Assembly (NCBI GenBank): GCA_003693705.1
Contig: RBZT01000430.1
Span: 1 to 42,880, forward strand
DNA from: Polymyxa betae A26-41
Lineage: Eukaryota > Protista > Endomyxa: Phytomyxea
Reading direction: 5' to 3'
DNA: 42,880 bases
Shown: in pieces, positions 23,965-37,068 of the stretch
Layout of the letters: every line of letters begins with the position of its first letter
Position numbering within the stretch: position 1 is the stretch's first letter
Notes under the pieces: generated by a model
The model's input: the letters and a program-made list of their open reading frames with translations, nothing else
What the model was told of the DNA's origin: nothing
The model's database searches: none
Made by a program: the position numbers and the translations under genes

Positions 23965-24744
23965 ATGACTGATTGTGTTGAAATACGTCATGGAGATCTT
24001 TGCGATAAGATCGCACGTGCTCAGAACCAGCTTACGTCATTATCAGTAGTCACGAAATCTGCCGAGAGACGTCGCATTATCGAACGTCTCGACGGCATTG
24101 TCGTCTCGCTTTCACGTGATTTCAAATCACTTCAATCTGAAGTCCGAGCTTTACCTACAGAGCACACCGAAGTGTGGAGAGCTGTACGTTAATGACGATG
24201 GGTTTTCTATGGCTAACCTTGGGTTTGATAGAAAATTCGCACGACCCACGATACTCTCAAAAGTATCACAAGAGAAATAACCTGGGCGAAAAGTGAAATT
24301 ACCGAATCGTATGCTGGTCCAACCAAACTGGAGGCTGTTCCGACTTCTGAAACTGCAGTCATTGAGTATGGGCGGACCTTAATGTCTGAGACAACAGCTG
24401 CTGGTGATAATACCATTACAATGATAGAAATGACAAAAACCGTCGGGCAACAGTGAGTGACCTCTAGCATTCTGCTGAATTTTATTCAGTCTTTTTGCAG
24501 AACAGCGACCAAATTGAGAACCCAAACTGAACAGATGAATCGAATCCATGATAAGGCTTATGAAATCGAAAGCAACGTCGATCGCTCAGTCTTTCTAATG
24601 AAGCGAATGGGACGGCGCCTTGCTACAGATAAGCTTATCTGGTTATTTACCTTCCTCATTCTGGTAGCTATAATCTTCATCTTGGTCTGGAAGTTCTTCT
24701 ACGTCCCCAAAATGCAGTCATCGCCTCCAGTACATCATCCTTGA
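23965..24744 (+). CDS. Qb-SNARE (NPSN/Vti1-like) with C-terminal TM anchor
   Basis: N-terminal helical bundle and SNARE motif with zero-layer Q (LRTQTEQMNRI). MGRRLATDKLIW is followed by a TM helix. Confidence 0.85.
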
Positions 24745-25032
24745 TTGTGCCACCTCCTTGTACCATTGCCTTTAATATTAATAATAGATATACACTCCTA
24801 ACGTCTTTGGGATTCCTCTTTTACAATTAGTCCAAGCATAGTGCATGCTGGCTTCCTATTCCAGTCACTTCTACAGCCCTCATAAATGTTGTAATTGTTG
24901 TAGAGATGGCAACGCCAAATGTAGTTGGTGAAGGTCCCTCCGCTTGCAGGTTAACAGGAGCCCGCGCCGCCTTCTCTGAATTTCATTCGCTCTCCTCTCC
25001 TGACCTAGCCAGGACGTCCCGTTAATAGCCGC

Positions 25033-28000
25033 ATGGCCAGTAGCGACGCTCGTGTACCATTCAAAGTGATTCACTGCACTTCCAATGCTGATAATCGTTC
25101 AGCAGCAGCGGTTTTAGAGCAAGTCCATCCGCAATCACAGGGATGGATTTCGGCAAAGTTTTGCACGTACCCCCAAGAATTGACGCTCGAACTTGAACGT
25201 CCTGTTCGTATTAAACAGGTTGGCGCTGATTGAAACATTTAGAAGATGATTAACTGAAGAATCTAATATCTCTCAAGATTCAAATTCTATCGCATCAGTG
25301 GCTGATAGCTACACGAATCGAGCTATATATTGGTCGCCAACCTGGAACTTACACACGATTGGGTTACATGTCATTAGATCCAAATAAGAGATCTGAATAC
25401 AAAGCGAGAGAGCTGAAAACTGTCGACCTACAAATACAGACGGATGCGAAATACGTACAGCTTGTAATCCATAAGAATCACGAAAATGACCTGAACCTTG
25501 CTGGTCAGGTATTTATAGATTAACTTCGTCCTATAAAGGCTTCATAGTGGAATGCAGGTCGGTATAATTGCGATTAATATCTTGGGAGAGCGCGTTGATA
25601 AAAGAAACCCGGCTGATTTATCCATTGATGTGGAGTGTGATCCAGTTACAACACAATTGATTCGTCGCCTTCATGATCAAAAGAAAAAAGCTGTAGAGGT
25701 AGTGCATATGAAGTTTTTCCATATAATTCTTTGACAGACGATGTAGCTTACAATGTGTAGGAAGAAGACTTTGACCAGGCCAAGAAGCTGAAAGAAATGA
25801 TTGTGTCTCTTCGAAGCGTGGGATCAAGGTTAGCGCGTTTGGAAGCTGAGAAGGTTGCCGCTGTTGAACTTGAAGACTATGACAAGGCGAAGAGGATCAA
25901 AGCTGAAGTAGTGATATGAAGAATCGATTCTATTCTCGACCCCTTAAGTTTGCTTCCAGATGGATAGAATTCGTCTTGAACATGCCCAGTCGAAATTTCA
26001 GCAACTATCGATTCCGGTCCGTGCTGCGTCACCCGGGAATGAATTTCGAGCGGTTTCCCCTGTTAAGCATGCAACACTCAATAATGCTCCCCAGTCGCAG
26101 CCAGGTCATTCTGTCATCCAGGTTTGTTATAAAGGCCGATTTCAGCGCTGTATTGTTGAAATGCAGCCCAGAATTCGCCGGAAAAGAGCCCCAATAATCT
26201 TCCGTATGACGACCGTCCATTACCAGCCTTAATGAAGCAGCAGACAGAAGCAACTGAATCCACTCATCCGTTTGGCGATCGGTAACGAAGTTAGCTCGTT
26301 GTGGTCGCAATCGTGTTGATAGCATGTACAGAGGTCCCAGGACCAATCCGGTTGCAGAAGTTGCCGCATTGGACAGCCCAGATTTGTCGTTATCTGATCC
26401 TGCGCCGTTATCAGAAATCGAAAAATTGCAACAGTCTCCGCTTATTAAGGCATTTGGAGAGTCAGTTGTGACATTGCTGTTATCCAAGAAGGTGAAAATG
26501 GATAAGAACTGAATATGCTTGGGTCGTCAACAGCGCTACAGGCTTTCCAACATCGCATAAATGCTTTGGATGATATCGAGGGAATTGTAACTGGTTCAAT
26601 ATCTGGCAAACACGTCAACGTCGATCTCGTATCGAATGCAGTGACCGCGGTTGGGATCACACTTCCAGATGCCATATGCCAGGTTTGCGAATTTTCATGC
26701 TGGCTATTTTTTCAACTTAAGAGCGATCAGGTATCCGTTCGGTCAATGTGCTTAATAGAAACTTTAATCAACAAGTTATTCCCCGATATGCTTCCGGGTG
26801 CTGTCCAAGAATGCATAGATCCGGTATGTGCATAGGCATGATGTTAAGTTATAGTTACTTGTACTTACAAAATTCTCAAGCCGTTGGAATTGTTAACTTT
26901 TGTTGTACTTTCCTGCCTGTCTTGAGCATTAATTAGACAGTCTCGAATCTGAATCAGCTTTTTTAATTGTGGTTGTTGCGCTTACTTGCACTGTTTAGAT
27001 AATGCAATCACTTTTGTCGCTTCTGGACGGTTCGCTTGGAAGGCAGCGTGACAAGGCTCGGCATATTTTCGACTTGTTAGTCGGGTATCCATCCGTAATT
27101 GGACGATATGTGACAAAGCAATTGAAGAGCACCGATGCCTACAAACCGTTACAAGTGCGTCTCTGGATGCTGTGAAGCAACAGCAATGTGAACGGCTATT
27201 AGGGTCGAGTTGAGTTGCTGACAGATTTGGTGAACCAGCATGGCTTATCGGAGGAAAACAGCCTTCGGTTAGAAAACATTATGAATAATTTCGCGCTTCC
27301 GGCCCTTCGCCACAAAAGAGACTCAATTAGACAAGCTGGTTAGATTGGAGATTTTGCTTCAAAAATATCATCTGACTCACGATAGGCCTCCATCTTACTG
27401 TTGCTTTGCATGACTGTGTTGGAGATCAGCTGATTCCTTATTTGGAAGGTGTTGTAAACGCAAAATTAGAAGCATCTCTGAGGAAAGCCTTTATGGAGAA
27501 GCAGATGTTCCAAAGCCAGCATCAATCGGTAGGTCTCCTACTACAAAGTTTGTTAATGCTGATTATACAGCATAGAATGGTTCAACACATTCCTCCTTAT
27601 CCGTGCCTGCATTGAGGTCTGTGTCTCCAGGTGTAAATAATAGCCGGGTAGTATCGTTGTTTGACAAAATATATATTCGCCTCTGATAGATATTATCTAG
27701 CGTAGTTCCCCTCCCCAGAGACATCGTGAGAGTGCAAATGGAATGTATCCACCGGTATTGCTTCATTTCAAAGCATTGTTGTTTCACTTATTACTCGCCA
27801 CAGGTGGTTGATCAACACGATCATGCGGAGGCTCAGAAGCTTTATGGTTCGAAAGAAGTGTGGCGTTTTGCTTGCGTTGAACCGGTATCTTCTAGATGAT
27901 GTTGACGAAGAGACCATTTGCCGTTTTTGCGGAAAGCAAGATCCTGAGTTTAGCATGGAAGAAAGCCTCGACCTACATTATTGGATGGAATGTCCGATGC

Positions 28001-28381
28001 TTGTGAGCTGTAAACTCTGTGAACAGGTAAAAAATTCTTTGCTAATAACAATGTCGCATCTGTTTTTTTCTTCTGCTTGCATTGTTGTTACATTAAGTTG
28101 ACGATCAGGTCGTGGAGATTCCGACACTTGTTGACCATCTTTTAAACGAATGCGAGAAGATGGCCATGGTTGTTCTGTGCAGAGATTGTCATCGTCCACT
28201 TTGTGGAGACGAAGAAGTTCACGAGCATGAGGGGTCATGTCCTGGACCGCAGCCTGATATCGGCGACAACAACCAGTGCCCATTGTGTTTCAGCATTATC
28301 GGGCCAGGCGAAGATGGATGGCGTGAACATTTACTAGAAGGTTCCGGGTGCCCGGAAAATACCAGACAAACATTGTCGTAG
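25033..28381 (+). CDS. CEP104: Centrosomal/ciliary tip protein CEP104 (jelly-roll, UVR coiled coil, TOG, zinc-finger array)
   Basis: GWISAKFCTYPQELTL, QIQILSHQWLIATRIELYIG, RLGYMSLDPN..SEYKARELK, AVEEEDFDQAK, CRFCG...LDLHYWMECPML, HLLNEC, CPLC...WREHLL..CPEN. Confidence 0.93.
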
Positions 28382-28492
28382 ATTTATCAAATGTAAATAA
28401 CCTGCATAATCAATTAAGCGATCATGTATTCCATTAATCATCAGGTAGTCACTAGTGAGAAATTTATTATAAAAAAGACATTAAGCTATAAC

Positions 28493-29884
28493 TTAAACTC
28501 GTAAAATCTGAAGTTTCTGATCGAATGCGATGCCAACCCAGTCAGGCTAAAATTATGGATCATTTTACGGAAACGATACAGAGCTACATAAGTTACCTGA
28601 CTGGCTGACCATTGTAATGTGTTTATTTCGGCAGACGCTGTGTAAGCCAAGATCGGATCATCGATCGGCTTCGGCATCTGCGATAAATCCCAAATTAAAG
28701 CCTAATATATAGAGATTAGACAATCCAGAAACCCCAGCTAATGATTACTCAAACCTGAGAGTCGTCACCAGCAGTACAGATATGACAGCTGCTATGCGGG
28801 GCCCAAGCAATGGAATTTACACAAGACGAATGCCCTTTAAGTTCAGCGACAGGTAAAGACGGCGCTCTGATATCTAAGATAACGACCTGAGCAGACAGCG
28901 TCATTCACGAGATAAAGACCCAGAAGAAAGGAGGACCTTAGACTGGTCCATCAAGATGGTTGCTAGATAGTTGTGGTCTTGTTTGTTCCAGCCCAGACGG
29001 AGCAGAGGAACAAGGTCGGGAGATTCGTAAATAATCGTTGAGTGCTCCAGCGACCTCAAGTCGAACATTCGCACACTGCCATCAGCACCCACCGACGCGA
29101 AGACATCCTGAGACGGAGCAAATGCAATATCATATACCTGTATCATTCGAATTGAGCAAAAATGAATGGCTCAACACGAGTTGTACACAAACCTCTTTGT
29201 CGTGGGCTATCAGCTGAGTACGTGCTTGCCGAGTTTCTACATTCCAAATCGTACAGGTCGTGTCGATAGAAGACGTCCCGAGCAGAGTGGGGTCGCTTTC
29301 GTTCCAGTCAAAAGAAGTCAACGGTGCACAAAATTCTGAATTCTGCTTTCGGGATCAGTAAGACATGAAAAAGGCGCAACTAAGACCGATGCTACCTTAT
29401 TATTATTCAAAAGACACTTCAGCGATATACCATCATCCCCGACTGACCATAATCGAAGATAATCACCAGTTGTCGCTAACATATCGTCGCCTGTACCCAC
29501 CTAAAAACTAGTCTAAGGACGAGCAATTTAGAAGTCAGGCGAACGTAAAGCAAACTGTTAAACCTAAAAAGTAAAAAATAGAGGACGTTTAACCAACAAC
29601 CTTGTCTGGGGCCCATATAATCTTTGTACATGGGTATGGGTGGTCGAACGTGCCTTTCGACTCGAATTTTCCGGCATCTTCATTAAGTTGAACGACCTCG
29701 ACCTAAACGATTTTAATACCAAATGAAGAATTCAACGGTATCCGACTTTGTTGGTGTATTCTTCGATGAACGAGCCAATTGCAAGACGAAATTTCTGCGA
29801 TGCCCGAACGCTCCAGTTCATGGCATAGACGACCCATGGCGCCTCATACGTGTAAATCTCCTTTTTCTTATTCTCATTCGTCAT
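28493..29884 (-). CDS. DCAF7: WD40 protein DCAF7/WDR68 (AN11/TTG1 family)
   Basis: [77 protein letters not shown]; ends KLQILRV*. Confidence 0.96.
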
Positions 29885-30637
29885 TGGATATAGGGACGGC
29901 CCGGCAAGTCGTGAAAGACCCGGCAGTCGGGAATCAGTCGCGGAATGTATGGGACTCGGTGACCGTCACCAAGGTACCAGCAATGTCAAGGCGTACACAG
30001 CGGATGGCTTCAAGGGACAAATGCGCAATCCTTTCGCTTCACAGAGTCCCTTGAAAAATAATATGAAACTGCGCGCATGTTTCTCTCCATGTTTTTGCGC
30101 AGTTCCAGAAGTATTTTTAAACTGCCAGCGACCAGCGTACCTACAGTAGAAGGTTCTTTTTTCGAGTTTATTTTTTTCGATCTACAGTACCTAAATTCGA
30201 GACCTCGCTGCAATAATTGGCACACAACATACTGCATAACCTAAAATAGTGAGCTGTTGTTCAGCACATTGCTTGATTTTTACCGTAAGCTGATAGAGTT
30301 ATTTGCCCATACCCATTTTGCACTATTTTATGGCCGCATTCTTCCAATATTCAGAAATGTATATTGAATAGCTTTGGTGCCTACCTAGGCCCTGTATACT
30401 TTCTGATAGCGATGAAAAAAAAACGATTTTATCTACCTAGCTTTCTAGCAGTTGTCGATTATATTTGCTTTTTAGTAAATCCAAGGTTTCACCCAAAACC
30501 CAATCGGTTGACTATCAACAATTCATTTTCTAAAACCTGAAATATAGCGTCCCTGAAAGTAGTATAGACACGTAAAAATGACTTACAACCAGTGTCAGAC
30601 AATTAGGTGACCATAGATAACATCCGAAGACTAATCG

Positions 30638-31468
30638 ATGGGTGAAATAGGATATCCTTACCGAATGTCAGCTCCAGGGACGATGCAACATTCGTCTCAT
30701 GGCACTCCCAGGGCATCATCGATTGATCTTGCGAGAGTTCGATCGATGCTCGAGGCGCTAGATCACACTCACCTCATCGATTTAATAACTGATCTAGTCA
30801 GTAAGCAGCCGTCGGTCTATGATCATTTAAGGTCAAATCTTCGATCGGATCCGACTCAATGTCGCTTGTTCGTACGTGGTCTATCGCGTGAATGTACCAA
30901 CCAGGATTTAATGGCCGTCTTTTCTGTGTATGGTCAAGTTGATGAAGCTGTAGTTATGAAAGAGAAAGGTACACAATGCTGTAAAGGATTCGGTAAACAG
31001 TTTGTTATTTGAATCGAAAGACCTTGCTAATTCCTGAAAGGATTTGTTACCTTTGCAGATGCTGAGGCAGCCGACGCTGCTATAAAAAATCCAGAGAAAC
31101 TAATTACGGGTCGTATGGCGATCGTTTCTTTGGCTGCCTTAGGGAATAAGAACAAATCGGCGGCACCAGTTGCAGGAATTTACTCCCCGACATCGTCAAA
31201 TGTCTCACATTCATCAGCGATTACCGGGTGCTATTCGCAGCCTCCTTCTAGTACTAGCCATAAGCGGTATAGAGAAGACTCGTCTGGGCCATCGATATCG
31301 TACTATGATTCTTATAAGCCGCCTTCCTCTCGATACCCTCGTGCGGATTCTCAATACCGCTCACAGCAGAGTTATGAATTACAAAATGGCGATCCACATA
31401 TGTATCGAAGACGAGAATCTGCTTACTCTGACCATACGACCTCATATTCCACCCAGAATTATTATTGA
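30638..31468 (+). CDS. Single-RRM RNA-binding protein (UBA2-like) with S/Y-rich low-complexity tail
   Basis: DPTQCRLFVRGL (RNP2) and KGFG|FVTF (RNP1, split by an intron), then an S/Y/R-rich C-terminus. Confidence 0.88.
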
Positions 31469-32050
31469 AATTTGTTGTGATAATGTGACAGGATAATGTG
31501 ACAGTGTTCCTTCAAAAATAGTTTAAAGTGAATTCATCAATGGGTTTCTTCTGAAAGAAAGTGAAATACGAAGAATGTTTTTGGCCTTTGAAATACTTAG
31601 TGGTCTCCTCGGCTCAAACTACATAAATTGACTTCAATTTCAATCTAGAACGAAAAGATGTTCCACATCTAAGCTTGACAATCGTACTCGGCTCAGCTCA
31701 AGTGCACTTGAAAACTTCTGAGCGCTGAGAGATTGCAATGAATAAAGAGTTGATGAGGCGACAAACGGCTGAGCCACCTTTCTGACATTAGTGAAGATAA
31801 TCTGATAAACCTTCCCTTCAATCCCAAGCAGATCGAACAAGCATTCTCTTCCGGCTTCGATGGCTTCGATGGTCCTTCGAACTCATTGCGAGCCATCCAG
31901 ATTTAGATTGAGGGCAAAAAGCATTGCCGGAATCGATGCACTCCGATCATTCACGCAATCTGCGCCTCATCATGCGATTCGTTCATCTTGGGATTCTGCC
32001 GACGTGATATTCGCCATAATTGTGTTCCACAATAACAAGAAGTTCTCGAA

Positions 32051-33736
32051 ATGAGGACAATTGCGGAGTGTGGTGTAACTAACTAAGTGGTTGAGCCTGT
32101 CTGGTCTCTCCTTATTATTTCTAAGCAAGTTTATAGCTTATATCGCTTGGTTTGCTGAAGCTAGTTCTCATGCCGGGTGATAACAATCTCAGGTATCGTT
32201 CTGGAAAAAAGATAACTTTGGATCCGGCAACGCTGCAATATTTGAAGGATAATCCCGAGTTTCTTGACAGGCAAAGACCTGGTATTCTTCATCGTGTTAA
32301 CAGCTGTCTGGAATGGATGCAGCAATGGTTTATATATGCAAGACCAGTTTCGTTATTTGATGCTGAAGACACTGTTGCAGGTCTGTGAAGGTTGTTTTCG
32401 TGCTCTATGTAATAATGTTAATTACGCTCTTGTATTGGAGATGGACATCAAATCCAAATCTGCTTAAAGCTGACCGTTATATTGCAATCAATACCGGGTC
32501 CAATCGCTCGGTTGGTTATACTTCATACTGATTAAGTTTTTTAACGTTTTTTAGAGATATTTTCCAGTCATTGCTTCTCTTCAAACTCCTAAGGGTTTCC
32601 CAAACCCATTTGACTTCACCTTAGTCAGAGCTGCTGTTGAAGAATCTTCCCAAAAAATTCGTGTTTCCAAGACCAAGTATTTTGGAAAAAATACATCGTG
32701 GATAGCTGGTTCGCCGTTGGATGTTAACTCGGATGATTCGTTTATCTACGAAGGATTACTTTTAAACCCAGAATTCAGGGACAGTACAGGTCTGTTTTTT
32801 GACAATTAGAATGAACACTTCTTTCGCTGAAACCGACGACAGAATCTTCTTCATTTCTTCGAATCTCTGGCATGACACAAAGTGTCGAGTCTATGCAATA
32901 TAAGCATGATCGTGTTCGAATCGAACAGCTTTCAGGCTCAACTCAGGTCGTGATGTTGAATTCGAGCAGCATTGATGCATGCTATCCTCATTCCTATATT
33001 GGATTGTTCGCCGGCCAGTGTCGAGTAAATCACGCCAATGCTACAAGGGATGAGTTCCCGCTTTTTGGAAAGCTGGTCGATGCAGACTTTCGACCTTTTT
33101 CTGTACTCCTTCAGGTAGTGATTGCCTAGTTGATGCAAAGATGTCACTAACATTCTACTTTGCCATTAGCCTGGACAGTCACTAGAAATTCCTGCTTTGT
33201 GGATGTATGAGCTGATAACAATATCGCAATCTGTTGCCATTATCAGGGAGTTCCCTGATTCCCCTTTATCCGTCGTTGACAATCTGTCGTATACATCTCC
33301 ATTTGAAGGCGAAACTTTTGGCTGGACAAACCATCGGTTATTTTCTGCATTGGCATTGTTCTTGGCGCATCTTGAGCGTCGACTTTCCTCTCCAGATTTA
33401 ATCAGCAATCTCATGAAGACTAGATATCCTTCAAGGTGACAATCGATCACTTTACTTCGCCACTTCTGACCGTGCTTGTATAGTTCTAGCACCGACGAAG
33501 TTGTAGTGAATTCATGCAATGTTGACGGCTTGGCATCAAGCGGAATCACTCTCTCACAATACATAAGAAAGCAAGCGTCGGTTGCAGCTGATGCAATCCT
33601 GCGGCTTGATGAGAGCTGTCAGCAACTTGCAGCACAAGATTTCATTGAAAAGATTGTAACTGTTAGCCTGGACGAAGGGATAAGCGTTGAAAGCTTCCTG
33701 AGAGCATATCTAAAAGATTGCTCAAACGGCTTTTAA
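32051..33736 (+). CDS. JmjC/cupin-8-like protein, probably lacking the Fe(II) triad
   Basis: Spliced product contains EQLSGSTQVVML, CRVN...DEFPLF and VLLQ|PGQSLEIPALWMYEL, matching the cupin-8 spacing (QxxGxKxVxL...FPxF...LxPGxxLxIPxxWxH). The 5' exon is uncertain. Confidence 0.65.
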
Positions 33737-33817
33737 TCTGACTAGTTGTTATAAAATGTTTAAGATAACTGCTTTTATCGTAATACGATTTCAAGAAAGT
33801 CTTCAAATTGCTAAAGC

Positions 33818-34707
33818 TTAAGCTGCAACTGGATCTTTAGTCATGCGAAGATAAGGCTTGAGTTTGGTAAAGCCAGGGTATTGCTCGCGAGCTTCGTCAT
33901 CGCTCATGGTTGGCGCAATGACGCACTGTTCACCTCGTTTCCAATCTGCTGGAGTCGCCAGCTGCAACAGATATGACATTCAGAATGACATTGTGCCCAA
34001 AACCCAACCTTATGCTTAGATGTAAGCTGCAGAGAATCAATGGCACGCAGCAACTCGTCGAAATTACGACCAGTTGATGCCTAAACGAATCAATTTCGAT
34101 CAAAATTCAGTTTTGTTTTGCTCACGGGATAAGTAAGAATCAGCTTAATGCGCTTCGAAAGGTCGATGACGAACAAGGAGCGAACTGTCAATGGCAGCTC
34201 GGCTCCTCGCGATTCAGCATCAAGCATCCCATAGGTCATCGCGACCTAACAAGGATTTAGCACGAAACATTTGACTTGAATGGCAAGCTGACAGAACGAT
34301 CTTCATCAGCAATGATTGGATAAAAAACCTGGCACTTATGCAACTCTTCAATGTCTTTGATCCAACTTTTGTGGCTGTCGACGCTATCACAACTTAACGC
34401 GATCACTTTGACATCGCGTTTCTCCCATTCCTTTTTAAGTTGGGCGACTCGACCAAGTTCAGAGGTGCAGACAGGGGTAAAGTCCTGGTGGTGATCAATA
34501 AATATAGCGAGCACGATAAATGACTACTTTAGGATGAGAAAACAACACCGCCTACATAACATTTAGACGCTATAGAGGAAAGCTGGATAGACAACATACC
34601 CACTTCCCTTCGATGAATTGATGAAAATCAATACTGCCCTGACTTGTCTCAGCTTGGAAGTTGGGAGCGGCGTCCCCGACGAAGACACACTTCTGTTGGG
34701 CTGTCAT
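33818..34707 (-). CDS. PRDX6: 1-Cys peroxiredoxin (Prx6)
   Basis: GDAAPNF, LFSHPK|DFTPVCTSEL, YP|ASTGRNFDELLRAIDSLQL, ATPADW, PYLR. Includes a 24-nt exon at 34528-34551. Confidence 0.96.
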
Positions 34708-35187
34708 TTTGAAGTGAATACCAGAGGACAAAAGATGAATGAACCATATCGGCGCAAATACACGCCCGTCATGCACTTAAGGCCAACAGTGTCACCAAAG
34801 AACACCCCGACTACAGAACATTCTTGACTAAAGTCGAGATATCACGCACCTTCGATAAAAATAGAATCCACTTTGACGTTGCAATATTATTCAGCTCCGG
34901 TGTCTCAAAACAATATACATAAAACCATACCAGAGCAGTTTCAGCTGACTGGAGTGGCGTGCTATCAAAGAAAAGATATTTATCGAAGTAATTCAATTGT
35001 CTCGATGGGAATCAGACTCGTCATTCGCCGAACACGGAAAGAGTTTCTTCATGAGCAGAACGCAGCCTCCTGATGAGCGTTGTTCGTCAGTGAGAGGGCT
35101 GCGCCCTGAGACTGCGCTGCCTGCTGGAATCTCGTCATCGCTCATATCCAACATTCGTGTCCGCCCAGAGCCGATATTTGCTGGACC

Positions 35188-35529
35188 ATGCCGTCCCTCT
35201 TCGCGTTCTTTGTCACGCTTTTCATCGCGGTTTTGGCGGATGAAGATTACCCGTATGATACAGACTCATTCCAGTAACATTCCTAAAACGTTGTCAAAAA
35301 TTGTCTACTAATGTCATACATAATAGGTGGAATGTTCCTGTTCCAAAATGGATTCTCTTCATGGTTGCAGCTGCTATTTTCTTCTTCTGTGGTAAAATTA
35401 TCCAGAAACTTCTTGCCATGGACCGCAGTCGAAGTAAGTTTTTATGTTATTTTTCTTTTGATTAACGATTTTGACCTCTGTTTAGATGCCCCTAAAAAAA
35501 GATCCATTCGAAAATCTCGAAAAGATTGA
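35188..35529 (+). CDS. 71-aa single-pass membrane microprotein (3 exons)
   Basis: Exons 35188-35252, 35327-35433 and 35486-35529 with GTATGA/GTAAGT donors and TAG acceptors join in frame: MPSLFAFFVTLFIAVLADEDYPWNVPVPKWILFMVAAAIFFFCGKIIQKLLAMDRSRNAPKKRSIRKSRKD. Confidence 0.75.
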
Positions 35530-35733
35530 TCTATATATGAATAAACAATTTTAATTTGACCCGACAACAAACAGGCCTGCATCTACAACATCAGCAGGTT
35601 TTTATTCGACGATAAAGAATGAGTTAGCAACATTGAATTTACACAGTATTTGGGTTCTCTTGCTGCACTTTTCGGTGACCAATTTTTAAGCACTATAAAT
35701 TCTGAGAAGCAGTTAAAATTTTAGAGCATGGAC

Positions 35734-36181
35734 TTACTCGTTGGCTTGTTTTGTAAGGTGGTTCAGGATTTCTTTCTTGATCCATTCCTTGTTGTGAGGG
35801 ATGTAAATACCGTCGCGCTCGTTCAGCCTGAGAAAAAGTCAAGCAGAAAATAACGCTAGACCATTTTGTTACGTCATGGCTGCAAGATCAGGTAGATGAT
35901 CGATATAGTTGTTAAGATCCTAAGCGATGTGCAAATGAATACAAGCTCGGAGCAATCCAGAATGAAATACATTAATATCATAGGTAATCTGTGTTTTGTC
36001 TGGGTGCCTGAGATTGATTCAGCTCGACGAGGGAAAGCAAGAAACTTGATGCTTACATCTGTTTCAGCTTTCGCTCGAAGAGTTGGCAGACAGCATTCAT
36101 GGCAGCCCGAATCGACGGAAACTGGTCATAGGTGCGTTGATTTCCTGGCAATTCCACGAGCAGAATTGTGTGTCGCGTCAT
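35734..36181 (-). CDS. ERH: Enhancer of rudimentary homolog
   Basis: MTRHTILLV...RTYDQF...AMNAVCQLFERKLK, ITYDIN|DLNNYIDHLPDL, YIPHNKEWIKKEI. Confidence 0.93.
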
Positions 36182-37068
36182 GAAGTGGATGTGGCGATAA
36201 CGGTGAGAACGGTCTGATAACGACACGACAATAAACCACAACAGAGGCTGCTTTCGGACTGCGTAGTGTAGTCATTTGTGCATGAACAGATTTGCTGATG
36301 CTGTAGACATAACATGCTATCGTTAGATGGTTGAATTCTTCTAGTGAAGAGAGGTTATTTCTGGAATAAAAGCGCTTAGTGCTATGATATGAAATATTAT
36401 TGTCAATATGGATGGAAATCTTAGACAGCGTAATACAAACGCGACCTGATTCCGGACTGCTGCTGGCTTCTATAGTCTTGCACAAACATTGAGCTTTCCG
36501 AATAGTGCTCTGCTGGAAGCGATGCAATTGTTCGCCTTGCAAAAGCAAAAACAGAAGCTACAACTTGTTCAAAGATTGTTGACATCATCCCAATTCAACC
36601 GGATCAGGTTTCATAACATTCAAACACCAACATCATCGTCACATGAGAATGATGAGGGACATTGGTAATAGTCTCGGTTAAACCGCACGAGAATGGGATA
36701 TTCGCTCTAAGAATTGCATGACAAACTTCGACGAGACGATAAGTTTAACAGAAAACTAATTTCGAATCTGTTGCCGAATCGCCAGCAACAGCATGTATTG
36801 CAGAGCCGGGAACGGCCGCGTTTTAACAGCTGCTGTAGCTCATCAAGAAGGAACAGCTGAAAGTATTCTGAAACGAGGCTGGAATGACAGCAGATCTCGT
36901 ACGGAGACCTCATATAATCTGATGCCTTGAACAGTGTTCGGCAGCTATTTATTGAAAACAGATGCAGATCTACCTCAATCTGTCCAATGTAAACTTTGTA
37001 AACTCTTGCAAAATTGCACCAATCGCTTACTCTCAATAATTCTGATAAATCAGTCTATGGCAGCGATA

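Noticed and set aside
30652-30659. ATATCCTT resembling a U12 (AT-AC) donor; also at 33424
   Set aside because: Both lie in continuous coding frames (GYPY, RYPS) with no U12 branch site downstream.
31640-32017. Minus-strand frame interrupted only by TGA codons (selenoprotein or readthrough?)
   Set aside because: No redox motif, no recognisable selenoprotein family and no SECIS-like hairpin seen.
36408-36668. ORF with a single in-frame TGA (NAT*FRT)
   Set aside because: No Sec context or SECIS. More likely decayed sequence.
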